Assembly (NCBI GenBank): GCA_963729625.1
Contig: CAVSOU010000011.1
Span: 224,001 to 288,000, forward strand
DNA length: 64,000 nucleotides
Direction of reading: 5' to 3'
From: an uncultured bacterium
GTDB lineage: Bacteria; Chloroflexota; UBA5177; JANWHV01
The number at the start of each line of letters is the position of its first letter. Positions within the stretch are counted from its first letter, which is position 1. Below, one piece after another: positions 50,514 to 60,475 of this stretch. The translations under genes were made by a program, and so were the position numbers. Below the pieces are notes generated by a model, which searched no databases, had not been told where the DNA came from, and worked only from the letters and a program-made list of their open reading frames with translations.

Positions 50514-52517
50514 TCATTCGGCGGCAAGTACCACCCACGTGTTCATGAGCGCCTGCAACTCCTCGTGCGCGCGGCCATGCTCGTCCGCCAATCGTTGCAC
50601 TTCCTGGTACCGCTGCGCTTCGCTTTCCTCCTGAAGGCGCCGCTCGTACCGTGCGATTAGCTCTTCCAGTTCGCCGATCCTGGCCTCGAGCGAGGTCAGC
50701 TCCCTGGCGCGCTTTCGCGCTTCCTTCAGGTCGACTTGCATCGCGCCCCTGGCAATCTGTGCCGCGGTTGTCACGACGGCTGCCTGCTCCTTGGCTGCGG
50801 CTGCCGCGGCTTCGCGCCATGCCAGGTATTCCTGGTAGCTTCCGCCGAAGATGGAGAGCCTTCCTTCACGGATCTCCCAGATCTGGGTGGCGAGATGGTC
50901 GATGAGGTAGCGGTCATGCGAGACCAGCAGCAGCGTGCCCTCGAAGCGGTCGAGCCCTTCTTGAAGCACTTCCTGCGCGGGTATGTCCAGGTGGTTGGTT
51001 GGCTCGTCGAGCAACAAGAAGTTTGAGCCGTCGACAGCGAGTATGGCCAGCGCAAGTCGACCGCGCTCGCCGCCGCTAAGCATTTCGACTTTCTTGAACA
51101 CGTCCTCGCCGCGGAACAGGTAGTGCGCCAGATGGTCGCGCGCATCGCCAAGCGGCATGTTCTTGTGGTTAATCAGCTCCTCCAGGACGGTGCTCTCCGG
51201 ATTGAGCCGGTCGTGTGCCTGCGCGAAGTAGCCGGTGTGCAGGCCCGCTCCATGCTGCACTTCTCCCGCATACGGCGGCAGTTCCCCGAGCACGGTGCGC
51301 AGAAATGTAGTCTTCCCCGAGCCATTGGGCCCGATGAGCGCAGCGCATTCCTGTCGGTGCAGTTCGATGTCGCCGGCGTAAAATAGTTCCTTGCCGGAAT
51401 AACCGATGCGGAGGTTCCTGGTGCGCAGCACAATTGAGCCGCTGCGGAAGGCCGCACGTAGCTGCATGGTGGGTCGAGGCGGGCGGCTCACCGGTGGCTT
51501 GAGGGCCTTGATCTTGCCCCAGGCTTCCTCCACGGTAAGGCTGGAAACACCGCCGAGGCCCATCTCGGACCATTGTTTGCCTTCGGAGCCCTCGACGCCC
51601 AGTTGCTCGATGGCCAGGAGCTCGCGGCTGAGGCGCTTAAGCTTGCCCTTCGCTTCGACCATCTTGCGCCAGCCGATGTAGCGCTTGATCAACACTATCT
51701 CGGCCTGCAGCCGCTCCCTGGTTTCGTCGAACGTCTTCTGCCTTCGTTCCCACCGTTCCTGGCGCTGCACGAGATACGCGGTGTAGTTGCCGCGGTAGCT
51801 CTCGATACCCGCTCTGGTCATTTCCCAGATTCGATCGACAACCTTGTCGAGGAAATAGCGGTCGTGGCTAACAATGAGCAGGGTGCCGCCCCAGATCCGG
51901 AGCATATTCTCGAGCCATTCAACCGCATCGGTATCCAGGTGGTTGGTCGGCTCATCTAGGATGAGCAGGTCCGGCGCTTCGAGCAGGAGTCGCCCCAGCA
52001 GGGCCCGCGTCTTCTGGCCGCCGCTGAGATGCTGCAGTGGGCTGTTCCACTGGTTGCGCGGGAAGCCAAGGCCTTCGAGTACCCGCGCAATGCGCACTTC
52101 GTAGTCGTACCCTCCCTCGCGCTCGAATGCTTCCTGGGCGTGGCTATAGCGTGCGAGCAGCTCCTCCCCGTGGTTGCCATTCGCCATCTCGACTTCCATT
52201 GCATGCAGCGCCGCCGCGTGCGCCTGCACCCCGGCGAAGACTGTGAGCATCTCCTGGTAAATGGAATGGTCATGGGCCGCGAAGGCGGCCACGGCTTCCT
52301 GCCGAAGGTAGCCGATGGTTCGACCCGTCGCGCGATTGACCGTACCCGACGTGGGTTCGATGAGACCGGCCAGCACCATCAGCAGCGTGGTCTTGCCCGC
52401 GCCGTTTGGGCCCACGAGCCCGATTCGAGCGCCGTCGGGGATAGCCAGCGATAGGCCTTCGAAGACGTCGAAGCCTCCGAAAGCCAGTCCAAGTTCCTGC
52501 GTGGCGAGAAGTGACAT
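50514..52517 (-). CDS. ABC-F family ribosome-associated ATPase with C-terminal coiled coil
   Basis: Two NBDs (GPNGAGKTT/LSGGQ/LDEPTNHLD; GPNGSGKTT/LSGGE), no TM. Confidence 0.95.
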   Translation of the reverse strand: MSLLATQELGLAFGGFDVFEGLSLAIPDGARIGLVGPNGAGKTTLLMVLAGLIEPTSGTVNRATGRTIGYLRQEAVAAFAAHDHSIYQEMLTVFAGVQAHAAALHAMEVEMANGNHGEELLARYSHAQEAFEREGGYDYEVRIARVLEGLGFPRNQWNSPLQHLSGGQKTRALLGRLLLEAPDLLILDEPTNHLDTDAVEWLENMLRIWGGTLLIVSHDRYFLDKVVDRIWEMTRAGIESYRGNYTAYLVQRQERWERRQKTFDETRERLQAEIVLIKRYIGWRKMVEAKGKLKRLSRELLAIEQLGVEGSEGKQWSEMGLGGVSSLTVEEAWGKIKALKPPVSRPPRPTMQLRAAFRSGSIVLRTRNLRIGYSGKELFYAGDIELHRQECAALIGPNGSGKTTFLRTVLGELPPYAGEVQHGAGLHTGYFAQAHDRLNPESTVLEELINHKNMPLGDARDHLAHYLFRGEDVFKKVEMLSGGERGRLALAILAVDGSNFLLLDEPTNHLDIPAQEVLQEGLDRFEGTLLLVSHDRYLIDHLATQIWEIREGRLSIFGGSYQEYLAWREAAAAAAKEQAAVVTTAAQIARGAMQVDLKEARKRARELTSLEARIGELEELIARYERRLQEESEAQRYQEVQRLADEHGRAHEELQALMNTWVVLAAE

Positions 52518-52532
52518 GCGGTGGCGCCGCCG

Positions 52533-54437
52533 TTACGCCTCGACCGGCTGCGCGGACAGCTGCCCAGCGCGCCTGGCAAGCTTCACCCGCTCGTTGTTCT
52601 CAAGAGTTCGCTTCCGCAGGCGAATAGTCTTCGGCGTCACCTCAACCAGCTCGTCGGGGCCGATGAAGTCCAGTGCCTGCTCGAGGCTCATGCGCATAGG
52701 CGTCACAAGCTTGACAGCGATTTCGGCGGTGCTTTGGCGCATGTTGCTCTGCTGCTTCTCGCGACACACATTCACCGCGATATCGCTGTCACGGGCGTTA
52801 AGCCCAACGATCATGCCTTCGTAGACGGGAGTTCCCGGCTCGATGAACATCCCGCCACGTTCCTGGGCCTTTGAGATGCCGAAAGCCACCGCCGTCCCGC
52901 CCTCCGATGCGACGAGCACCCCGTTCCTGTCTCCTTCGATGGCGCCATACCACGGCTCATAGCCCAGCAGGATGCTGCTCAGCGTGCCGTTACCGCGCGT
53001 CGCCGTGAGAAACGCCGAGCGGAAGCCGATCAGTCCGCGGGTAGGAATGGCAAACTCCAGTCGCACGTTGCCCTTGCCGTCATTGTGCATATTGACCATC
53101 TGGCCGAGGCGCCGGCTGAGCGACTCGGTGCAGTAACCGACGTGCTCTTCGCGGGTGTCGACGACCAGGTGCTCGACCGGCTCCTGCACCTGGCCGTCGA
53201 TGATGCGCGTGATGACCTCGGGACGTGAAACGTGGAACTCGTAGCCTTCGCGTCGCATGGTCTCGATCAGGATTGCCAGGTGAAGCTCACCGCGGCCTGA
53301 GACGGTGAAGACGTCGGCGCTCTGGGTGTCCTCGACACGCAATGCGACGTCACGCTCGATCTCGCGGTACAGGCGCTCGCGAATGTGACGCGATGTGACC
53401 CATTGGCCGTCCCGTCCCGCGAAGGGCGACGTGTTCACGCCGAAGCTCATGCGGACCGTGGGGTCTTCGATGTGGATCGTCGGCAACGCTTCAGGCTCGT
53501 CGACTGATGCTACCGTGTCGCCGATCGTCAAATCCGGCAAGCCGACGAGTGACACAATATCGCCCGCGGCGACCGACTCGGCGGGAATGCGATCGAGGCC
53601 CTGGAAGGTGTAGAGGCCGGTCACCTTGGTGCGCCTGGTCGTGCCATCGCGGCTGATCACGACGACCTGGTCTCCCTGGTGTAGCGTGCCGCGCATCACG
53701 CGCCCAACGGCGGTCTTGCCCTGATAGTTGTCATAACCAAGAGACGTGATCAGGACCTGGAGGGGACTCGCAGGATCGACCATCGGTGGAGGAACGTACT
53801 GGACTATCGCATCGAACAGCGGGGCCAGTCCGCGGCTGTCGTCCTGCCCGCGGTCTTCCGGTTTCTCGGCGCTCTGCAAGGGCGCAACGTAGTCGTCGGG
53901 ATCGGCGACGGCGATGCCCTGCTTGGCCACGGAGTACAGCACAGGAAAATCCAGCTGGTCCTCATGGGTAGCCAGCTCAAGGAAGAGGTCCTGGGTCATA
54001 CGCAACACGTCTTTCGGCCTGGCGTTGGCGCGGTCGATCTTGTTGATGACGACGATCGGCTTGAGTCCGAAGCTCAGCGCCTTGCGCAGGACGAAGGTGG
54101 TCTGCGGCATGGGGCCATCGACGGCGTCGACCAAGAGGAGGCAGCCGTCGGCCATGGTGAGCACGCGTTCAACTTCTCCGCTAAAGTCAGCGTGTCCCGG
54201 AGTATCGATGATGTTGATTTTCACGCCGCGATAGGTAACGGCCGTGTTCTTGGCCAGAATCGTGATTCCCTTCTCACGTTCCAGGTCGTTCGAATCCATG
54301 ATCAGGGTGCCGACGTGCTGATGCGCGGCAAACACCTTGCTTTGCTTGAGCAGCCCGTCGACCAGAGTTGTCTTGCCATGATCGACATGGGCGATGATCG
54401 CGATATTGCGAATATCGTCGCGCTGGATGTGCTGCAT
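52533..54437 (-). CDS. typA: Translational GTPase TypA/BipA
   Basis: IRNIAIIAHVDHGKTT, DTPGHADF, GRGELHL, EVTPKTIRLRK. Confidence 0.97.
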   Translation of the reverse strand: MQHIQRDDIRNIAIIAHVDHGKTTLVDGLLKQSKVFAAHQHVGTLIMDSNDLEREKGITILAKNTAVTYRGVKINIIDTPGHADFSGEVERVLTMADGCLLLVDAVDGPMPQTTFVLRKALSFGLKPIVVINKIDRANARPKDVLRMTQDLFLELATHEDQLDFPVLYSVAKQGIAVADPDDYVAPLQSAEKPEDRGQDDSRGLAPLFDAIVQYVPPPMVDPASPLQVLITSLGYDNYQGKTAVGRVMRGTLHQGDQVVVISRDGTTRRTKVTGLYTFQGLDRIPAESVAAGDIVSLVGLPDLTIGDTVASVDEPEALPTIHIEDPTVRMSFGVNTSPFAGRDGQWVTSRHIRERLYREIERDVALRVEDTQSADVFTVSGRGELHLAILIETMRREGYEFHVSRPEVITRIIDGQVQEPVEHLVVDTREEHVGYCTESLSRRLGQMVNMHNDGKGNVRLEFAIPTRGLIGFRSAFLTATRGNGTLSSILLGYEPWYGAIEGDRNGVLVASEGGTAVAFGISKAQERGGMFIEPGTPVYEGMIVGLNARDSDIAVNVCREKQQSNMRQSTAEIAVKLVTPMRMSLEQALDFIGPDELVEVTPKTIRLRKRTLENNERVKLARRAGQLSAQPVEA

Positions 54438-54668
54438 GAATGTCCTCAGAAGCTGGCAGAATTTGGCGCTTACCGCCCAGTGCCGGGCGAACGCGCCGCA
54501 CAGGGGCTGGGAGAGGTCCCACAACGACGCCCAGTCGGTGCCGCGTGGCACGTGCAGTGCCCGGGAGGTCCCATGATCAGAGATCGGCGCAGTTGCCAGA
54601 CGATCAACACTAGTATACCGTCTCGCAATGCGCATCGGCATTGAGCAGATCGCGCCAGGCGCACCAGG

Positions 54669-54747
54669 AGCTTGTGATCGCTGGGATCCTGGGACCGCAA
54701 GTGTGCTACGCACCCCGGCGGTCCCAGCAGGCCTACGATCGCAAGCT
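54669..54747. other. Long interrupted hairpin downstream of adh
   Basis: AGCTTGTGATCG/CGATCGCAAGCT outer stem and CTGGGACCGC/GCGGTCCCAG inner stem. Confidence 0.45.
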
Positions 54748-54797
54748 ACAAGTGCCCCTGATCGTGGCTGAAGGCGGTGGTGCGGCCGTGCACGATC

Positions 54798-55793
54798 TCA
54801 CGTAAGGGTGCCCACCTCGATCACGAGGGCGCCGCGCACATCGCCAGAGCGCAGGCGGTCGAAAGCCGCGTTGATCTGGTCGAGCGGTACGGATTCGACT
54901 TCGGTGTGGATCGGTATGCGAGGGGCCAGGGCGAGAAACTCCTCGCCGTCCAGCCGAGTCAAATTGGCGACCGAGCGCAGGACGCGCTCTTCCCAGAGGA
55001 TTTCATAGGGAAACGCCGGGATCTCGCTCATGTGAATGCCGGCGCACACGACAATTCCGCCGCGGTCGACAGCTCGCAGCGCTGCCGGCACCAGCCCTCC
55101 GACCGGCGCGAATATGATCGCGGCGTCCAGTGGCTCTGGTGGCGGTCCCAACGCATCGCCTGCCCATTCGGTCCCCAGATCGCGGGCAAACTTTTGGGAT
55201 GGCTCGTCGTCACCGCGCGTGAACGCGAACACGCGACGACCTTGGTAGAGTGCAACCTGCGTGATGATGTGAGCGGCAGCGCCGAACCCGTAGAGACCAA
55301 CGCGCCGCCCGTCACCGGCCAGGCGCAGCGCTCGATAGCCGATCAGGCCAGCGCAGAGCAAGGGTGCTGCCTGACTGTCGGGATAGCCATGAGGAATGCG
55401 GAAGCAATATCGCGCGTCTGCGACACAATATTCCGCGTAGCCGCCGTCGATCGAGTATCCGGTGAAGCGCGCTTCCTGGCACAGATTCTCGCGACCCTCC
55501 AGGCAGAAGCGGCATGCGCCGCACGTGTATCCGAGCCATGGTACGCCGACGCGATCGCCTGGGGAGAAGCCGTCTACTTCGCTGCCGAGTTCTTCCACCG
55601 TTCCCACGATCTGGTGGCCCAGAACCAGCGGCAGCTTCGGCTCCAGCAGCTCGCCATCGATCACGTGCAGGTCAGTTCGACAGACACCACAGACATGCAC
55701 GCGGAGCAGCACCTGCCCGGATCCTGGTGCAGGGCGTGCGATGTCGGCGTAGTGCGGCGGGATCCGAGGACGGGAGAGAACCATAGCACGCAT
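54798..55793 (-). CDS. Zinc-dependent alcohol dehydrogenase
   Basis: CGVCRTDLH, GHQIVG, CGACRFC...C, LCAGLIGYR, GFGAAAH. Confidence 0.93.
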   Translation of the reverse strand: MRAMVLSRPRIPPHYADIARPAPGSGQVLLRVHVCGVCRTDLHVIDGELLEPKLPLVLGHQIVGTVEELGSEVDGFSPGDRVGVPWLGYTCGACRFCLEGRENLCQEARFTGYSIDGGYAEYCVADARYCFRIPHGYPDSQAAPLLCAGLIGYRALRLAGDGRRVGLYGFGAAAHIITQVALYQGRRVFAFTRGDDEPSQKFARDLGTEWAGDALGPPPEPLDAAIIFAPVGGLVPAALRAVDRGGIVVCAGIHMSEIPAFPYEILWEERVLRSVANLTRLDGEEFLALAPRIPIHTEVESVPLDQINAAFDRLRSGDVRGALVIEVGTLT

Positions 55794-55898
55794 GTTTGCC
55801 TCCTCAACTCTATTTTGCACGGCAGCGGCACCAAGTGTCGTGTAGGAACACAACACAGCACTCAAGTCAATAGCGATTTATCTTGGTGTTAACCGGTA

Positions 55899-55928
55899 CT
55901 GACAAATGATCCCCATTCCCGATATGAT
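55899..55928 (+). promoter_or_regulatory. Putative sigma70 promoter (CTGACA-18-TATGAT)
   Basis: Near-consensus hexamers ~85 nt upstream of the NRAMP start. Confidence 0.45.
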
Positions 55929-56014
55929 AAGGGTGGTCGGAAGGATGGAGCCCACCTGGCTGGGTACCAGGTACTGTGCGCGGGAGCAATCAACACGGTG
56001 AATCGAGGCGGGGC

Positions 56015-57259
56015 GTGGCAACCTTAACGGTACGGCGAAACGCGCGCGGAGTGTGGTGGCTTGCAGCCCTTGGCCCCGGGCTGATGGTCATGCTTGCGGA
56101 TACCGACGGCGGCAGCGTGATCACGGCGGCGCAATCCGGTGCCCAGTGGGGCTACGGACTCCTTCTCCCTCAGGTCCTCCTCATACCGATCCTGTTCGGT
56201 GTTCAGGAAGTCACAGTGCGCCTGGGAGTGGTGACCCGGCAAGGGCAAGGCACGCTGATCCGCGAGCACTTCGGTTTTGGCTGGGCGGCCGTCTCGGCCG
56301 TTGCCCTGTTTATGACTTGCTTCGGCGCCTTGGTCACGGAATTCTCCGGTATTGCCGGCGTCGGAGAGCTGTATGGCCTTCCCCGCTCGTTGACCGTAGG
56401 CGCGGCGGTCGCGCTCCTGCTGTTCGTCGTCATGTCGGGCTCGTACCGGCGCGCCGAGAGAGTAGGCATAGCGCTTGGCCTTTTTGAGCTTCTGTTCATT
56501 CCGGCTGCGCTCCTCGTGCATGCTCGGAGCGGGTCGGCCGTCCAGAGCGCCTGGAGCATGCCGCTGTCTGACCACCGCTATCTGTTTCTGCTGGCCGCCA
56601 ACGTCGGGGCTGTGATCATGCCGTGGATGATCTTCTTCCAACAGGGCGCGGTTGTCGACAAGGGACTTCGCCGTGTCGACCTGGTGATCAGTCGCTGGGA
56701 TACACTGCTCGGATCTATTGTCACGCAGGTCGTGATGGGCGCCGTGGTAGTGGCCACGGCCGCTACGTTTGCGCGGGGAGGCGTGCACGCGTCGCTCACC
56801 TCGGTCGGCTCCATCGCGCATGCACTGGCGCCGTTTCTGGGATGGGACGGGGCGCGCCTGTTGTTCGGCCTGGGGATGGTTGGCGCCTCGTTCGTCGCAG
56901 CCCTGGTCGTCTCCCTGGCAGGCGCGTGGGGTATGAGCGAGGTGTTGGGCTGGCGCCACAGCTTGAACGACTCAGTTCTTCACGCCCATAAGTTCTATTG
57001 GCTCTACGGCCTGGCGGTAATCGGTGGCGCCTGCATCGTCCTGTTCTCCTCAGACCTCATCAACCTCGCGGTGAACGTCGAGGTGATGAACGCGATGCTG
57101 CTGCCGGTCGTGCTCGGATTCTTGCTGATCCTGGAAGCCCGCGTTCTGCCTTGCGCCGACCGGATGAAGGGCGGGCACCGAGCGTTCGTGTGGGCCAGCG
57201 CCGCCTTGATCTCGGCGCTCGGGGTCTATACCCTGATCGTGACGCTGCTGGGACTCTAG
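56015..57259 (+). CDS. NRAMP-family divalent metal transporter
   Basis: GPGLMVMLADTDGGS..AQSGAQWGY; GAVIMPWMIFFQ; ~11 TM. Confidence 0.88.
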   Translation: MATLTVRRNARGVWWLAALGPGLMVMLADTDGGSVITAAQSGAQWGYGLLLPQVLLIPILFGVQEVTVRLGVVTRQGQGTLIREHFGFGWAAVSAVALFMTCFGALVTEFSGIAGVGELYGLPRSLTVGAAVALLLFVVMSGSYRRAERVGIALGLFELLFIPAALLVHARSGSAVQSAWSMPLSDHRYLFLLAANVGAVIMPWMIFFQQGAVVDKGLRRVDLVISRWDTLLGSIVTQVVMGAVVVATAATFARGGVHASLTSVGSIAHALAPFLGWDGARLLFGLGMVGASFVAALVVSLAGAWGMSEVLGWRHSLNDSVLHAHKFYWLYGLAVIGGACIVLFSSDLINLAVNVEVMNAMLLPVVLGFLLILEARVLPCADRMKGGHRAFVWASAALISALGVYTLIVTLLGL

Positions 57260-57298
57260 CGTCGCGTGCCAACTCCGCCGGAGAGTAGAACGTCAGTC

Positions 57299-57859
57299 AT
57301 GACCGATTCCGCATATCCGCATCGGGCTTTGCTTGACCGGGCAGACTGCGTGCTGTTGGTAGTCGACGCGCAGGAGCGCCTCGTCCCGGCGTTGGCAGGA
57401 GCCGGAGGCGCGGTGGCGAACATCGTTCGATTGCTGAAGTTCGCCAGGATTGTAGGCATGCCCGTAATTTGCACGGAGCAGCAGAAGTTGGGGGCCACGG
57501 TCGGGGAGATCCAGGCAGAGCTTGCCGGCGAAGAGCCGGTGGTCAAGAGCGAATTTGACGGTATGCTCAGCCCGGCTGTTTGCGATCGGCTGCAGCGGAC
57601 ACGGAGAACCGCCCTCATTCTGGCTGGATTCGAAGCGCACATCTGTGTGGCTCAGACCGCGCTCCACGCGGCCGAGACGCGCGTGGTACACGTCGTGAGT
57701 GACGCAGTCGCCTCACGCGACCCGCATAACAAAGCGGTCGCTTTGGAGCGTCTTCGCTGGGCGGGCGTGGTCGTGACTTCCACGGAGATGGTGATGTACG
57801 AGCTTCTGAAGCGGGCAGGCACTGACGAGTTCCGGTCGGTGCTGGCGTTGGTCAGGTAG
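57299..57859 (+). CDS. Isochorismatase-family hydrolase
   Basis: LLVVDAQERL, TEQ, K..F, GFEAHICVAQT. Confidence 0.9.
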   Translation: MTDSAYPHRALLDRADCVLLVVDAQERLVPALAGAGGAVANIVRLLKFARIVGMPVICTEQQKLGATVGEIQAELAGEEPVVKSEFDGMLSPAVCDRLQRTRRTALILAGFEAHICVAQTALHAAETRVVHVVSDAVASRDPHNKAVALERLRWAGVVVTSTEMVMYELLKRAGTDEFRSVLALVR

Positions 57860-57967
57860 CGCCACGACGCGATTGTTTGCACGTAGCTGCAGAGCCCCAC
57901 CTGTTTTGTCGCCTGCGCGTCTGATCCTCCCCAGACGCAACGACGGACCCCAGCCGCGGCAGGATAG

Positions 57968-58153
57968 CAGCTCGTCACCTCGCTTGGCCAGCCGTCGGGT
58001 GCGGGCGGCGTTGCCGTGTGGGCGCATGTGGGCGGGTTCGCCGCCGGTCTTGTCCTGGTGAAGCTGTTTGAGCGGCCGCAACAGCGGCCGAGGATTCCGC
58101 CGCCTCCGCGGTGGTACGGAGGCGTGTCGCCCCGCGGCGGGCGCCATGCGTAA
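57968..58153 (+). pseudogene. C-terminal remnant of a rhomboid intramembrane protease
   Basis: Manual translation gives GGVAVWAHVGGFAAGLVLVKLF (rhomboid AHxGG motif). It is preceded by an in-frame TAG and has no start. Confidence 0.8.
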
Positions 58154-58336
58154 CACGCTGATGCTGCTCGAACATGTTCGGACACCATGTCCGGGAGGGC
58201 CTGGAAACCCTGAGTTGGCGTATTACCCGATCGGGTAACCCCAAGAAGCGGCCCGAGTGGGGCTTCACACAGTGCCACATGTCATGCAGAATCGATGCAT
58301 TGGATGATTTGGTGTATTCATTGCCGAGGTGTCCTG

Positions 58337-58546
58337 ATGAACGAAACCAGGTTCATGGCCGTGACCAAACAGGAAGCTGAACTGCTGATGGACAGCTTCA
58401 GAGTCTCCAACCCTCTCACGCGCGATATCGCTCTGAAGGCCGCGAGCCTCGTGCTTGAATTTGCTTCTCAGCCCTGCGTCGGGGAGGCCAACGACCTCGT
58501 GGGCAGCACGAACATTGTTTGCGCCATCGACGCCGACTGCGCCTGA
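58337..58546 (+). CDS. Hypothetical 69-aa protein
   Basis: SD GAGGTG, plausible codon usage, three Cys in the C-terminal third. Confidence 0.5.
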   Translation: MNETRFMAVTKQEAELLMDSFRVSNPLTRDIALKAASLVLEFASQPCVGEANDLVGSTNIVCAIDADCA

Positions 58547-58934
58547 CCGAAGGTCGCCCAATCTCCCGTGAACGGGACGTACCGCCAGGGTGTTGGCGCT
58601 GGCGCTGTTGGTGCGGCGTTTGAAGCCGACGCCTTCAGCATTCGTTTCGGCAGGGGCCGCTTTATTACCCCCGCCCGGACAGCCTCTCTTCCCCTCGTTG
58701 CCCCGCTTCGCCGCCTGTGATCGCGCGGTCGTTTGGCAGATACCACTCGTCCGGCCGCGCACAGGAAAGACCACACTGCGTCTTGACTACCATGGGACAA
58801 TAGTGAGGCGTGAGCGCGGACGGCTGTGCGCGAGCTCGAGGCTCTCCCCCGCCGGAGCGGATTTGGAGACGTCCAAAGTGCATAGGCCGGGTGCTTCACG
58901 ATAGGGTCTGGCGAATGTGGGAAGGGAAAGAACC

Positions 58935-59837
58935 ATGGCGAACCACGATCCAGAGCGGGATATAGGAGATGTCGTCGATCTCGTGGTCAACGCGCATGCG
59001 ATCGTCGGCGAGGGACCGGTATGGTCAGCGGCCGAACAGGTGTTGTACTGGGTTGACATAATGAGCAATCTCGTACACCGATTCGATCCCCAGACAGGAG
59101 CCGATCGAACGATCGATGTTGGACAACCGGTCGGCGCAGTCGCGGTGCGCGACTCCGGCGGGCTGATGTTGGCGTTGCGCGACGGCTTTGGAGTACTCGA
59201 TCTGGACTCGGGCCGCGTCGAGATTCTGGCGCCGGTCGAAGCCGACAACCGGGCTACCCGCATGAATGACGGAAAGGTCGACAGTGCCGGTCGTTTTTGG
59301 GCGGGCACGATGGCCTTTGACGAGCGCGCTGGCGTCGGCTCGCTCTATCGTCTCGACCGCGACTATGCAGTGACTCGGGTACTCACGGGGGTCTCGATCT
59401 CCAACGGCCTCGATTGGACGCCTGATGATCGGACCATGTACTACGTCGACACGCCCACAGGGGGTGTTGACGCGTTCGATTACGACGGGCCGACTGGCGA
59501 AATCTCGCGGCGTCGCAGGCTGGTCACCGTTCCCGCGGAGAAAGGCACTCCGGACGGCATGACCCTGGACGCGGAAGGATACCTGTGGGTCGCACTGTGG
59601 GGTGGCTGGGCAGTTCAACGATTCGCGCCGGACGGTGCGCTGGACCGTTCGGTCGGGCTCCCGGTGTCGAATGTCAGTTGTTGCGCGTTCGGCGGGCCCG
59701 ACCTTGCCGACCTGTACATCACGTCGGCGACGTTCGGCCTCGCCGAAGCAGACCTGGCACGCCAGCCTCTTGCCGGCGCTGTTTTCAGGTTTCGGCCGGG
59801 TGTGCGGGGCCGGTCGGCGTATACATTCAAAGGCTGA
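58935..59837 (+). CDS. SMP-30/gluconolactonase family protein
   Basis: GEGPVW, RMNDGKVD, SNGLDW, PDGMTLD, FGGPDL. Confidence 0.93.
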   Translation: MANHDPERDIGDVVDLVVNAHAIVGEGPVWSAAEQVLYWVDIMSNLVHRFDPQTGADRTIDVGQPVGAVAVRDSGGLMLALRDGFGVLDLDSGRVEILAPVEADNRATRMNDGKVDSAGRFWAGTMAFDERAGVGSLYRLDRDYAVTRVLTGVSISNGLDWTPDDRTMYYVDTPTGGVDAFDYDGPTGEISRRRRLVTVPAEKGTPDGMTLDAEGYLWVALWGGWAVQRFAPDGALDRSVGLPVSNVSCCAFGGPDLADLYITSATFGLAEADLARQPLAGAVFRFRPGVRGRSAYTFKG

Positions 59838-59954
59838 CCTGGTTCTTCCCCACTCTGTCGCCATTCCTTATGAGGGTCTGGTTCTGCCGATCAATGCACC
59901 CTGCTACTGCGCGGCCTCCCGCGATACTGCCGATGAGCCTGATAAACTGGAAGC

Positions 59955-60326
59955 ATGTCCGAGATTGATCGCTACCTCGAGACGCTCGAGACGTCGAAGA
60001 GGGCCGCGCTTGAGCGTGTCCGCGCGATCGTACGCACCGCCGTTCCTGATGCCGTCGAAGCGATCAGTTACGGCATGCCCGCGTTCCGCTACAAGGATGC
60101 ATACCTGGTCGGGTACTGCTCCTTCAAGAATCACCTGAGCTTCTTCCCGACGGCGGAACCGATTGAAGCGCTGCGAGATCACCTCGGGGCATTCAAGCTG
60201 TCGAAAGGCACCGTTCAGTTCGCCGTGGACAACCCGATCCCGGAAGACCTCCTCAAGGAGCTCGTGCTTGTTCGCGTCGCCGCCATCTCGGAGGCTCGCC
60301 AAGCCGTGAAGCAACGCCCCTACTAG
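59955..60326 (+). CDS. DUF1801/YdhG-like (iron chaperone-like) protein
   Basis: EIDRYL, EAISYGMPAF, KNHLSFFP, SKGTVQF. Confidence 0.85.
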   Translation: MSEIDRYLETLETSKRAALERVRAIVRTAVPDAVEAISYGMPAFRYKDAYLVGYCSFKNHLSFFPTAEPIEALRDHLGAFKLSKGTVQFAVDNPIPEDLLKELVLVRVAAISEARQAVKQRPY

Positions 60327-60437
60327 GGTCCATCCACTGCCACATCGGGATGGTGCCGCCAATCTCGGGATTCGGAAGTAGTTGGGTCTTGTCGCGCTTC
60401 CGCGCGTCGAAGCAAATGGCACAAGAATACCTCGCGC

Positions 60438-60470
60438 GGTATAACCAGTGGTATAATATCTAGTGGAGGA
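60438..60470 (+). promoter_or_regulatory. TA promoter/operator: extended -10 TGGTATAAT, two GGTATAA repeats, SD GGAGGA
   Basis: Directly upstream of the antitoxin; the short repeats are consistent with RHH autoregulation. Confidence 0.6.
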
Positions 60471-60475
60471 CAAGT

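Noticed and set aside
52533-54713. 726-aa TypA with a long N-terminal extension
   Set aside because: Family homology begins at MQHIQRDDIRN (54437), which has its own SD.
58169-58180. CGAACATGTTCG as a LexA (SOS) box
   Set aside because: The spacer is 2 nt, not the GAAC-N4-GTTC of Gram-positive-type boxes.
60448-60468. TATAATATCTAGTGG as a second NrdR box
   Set aside because: Left half does not match; better explained by the TA -10 element and SD.
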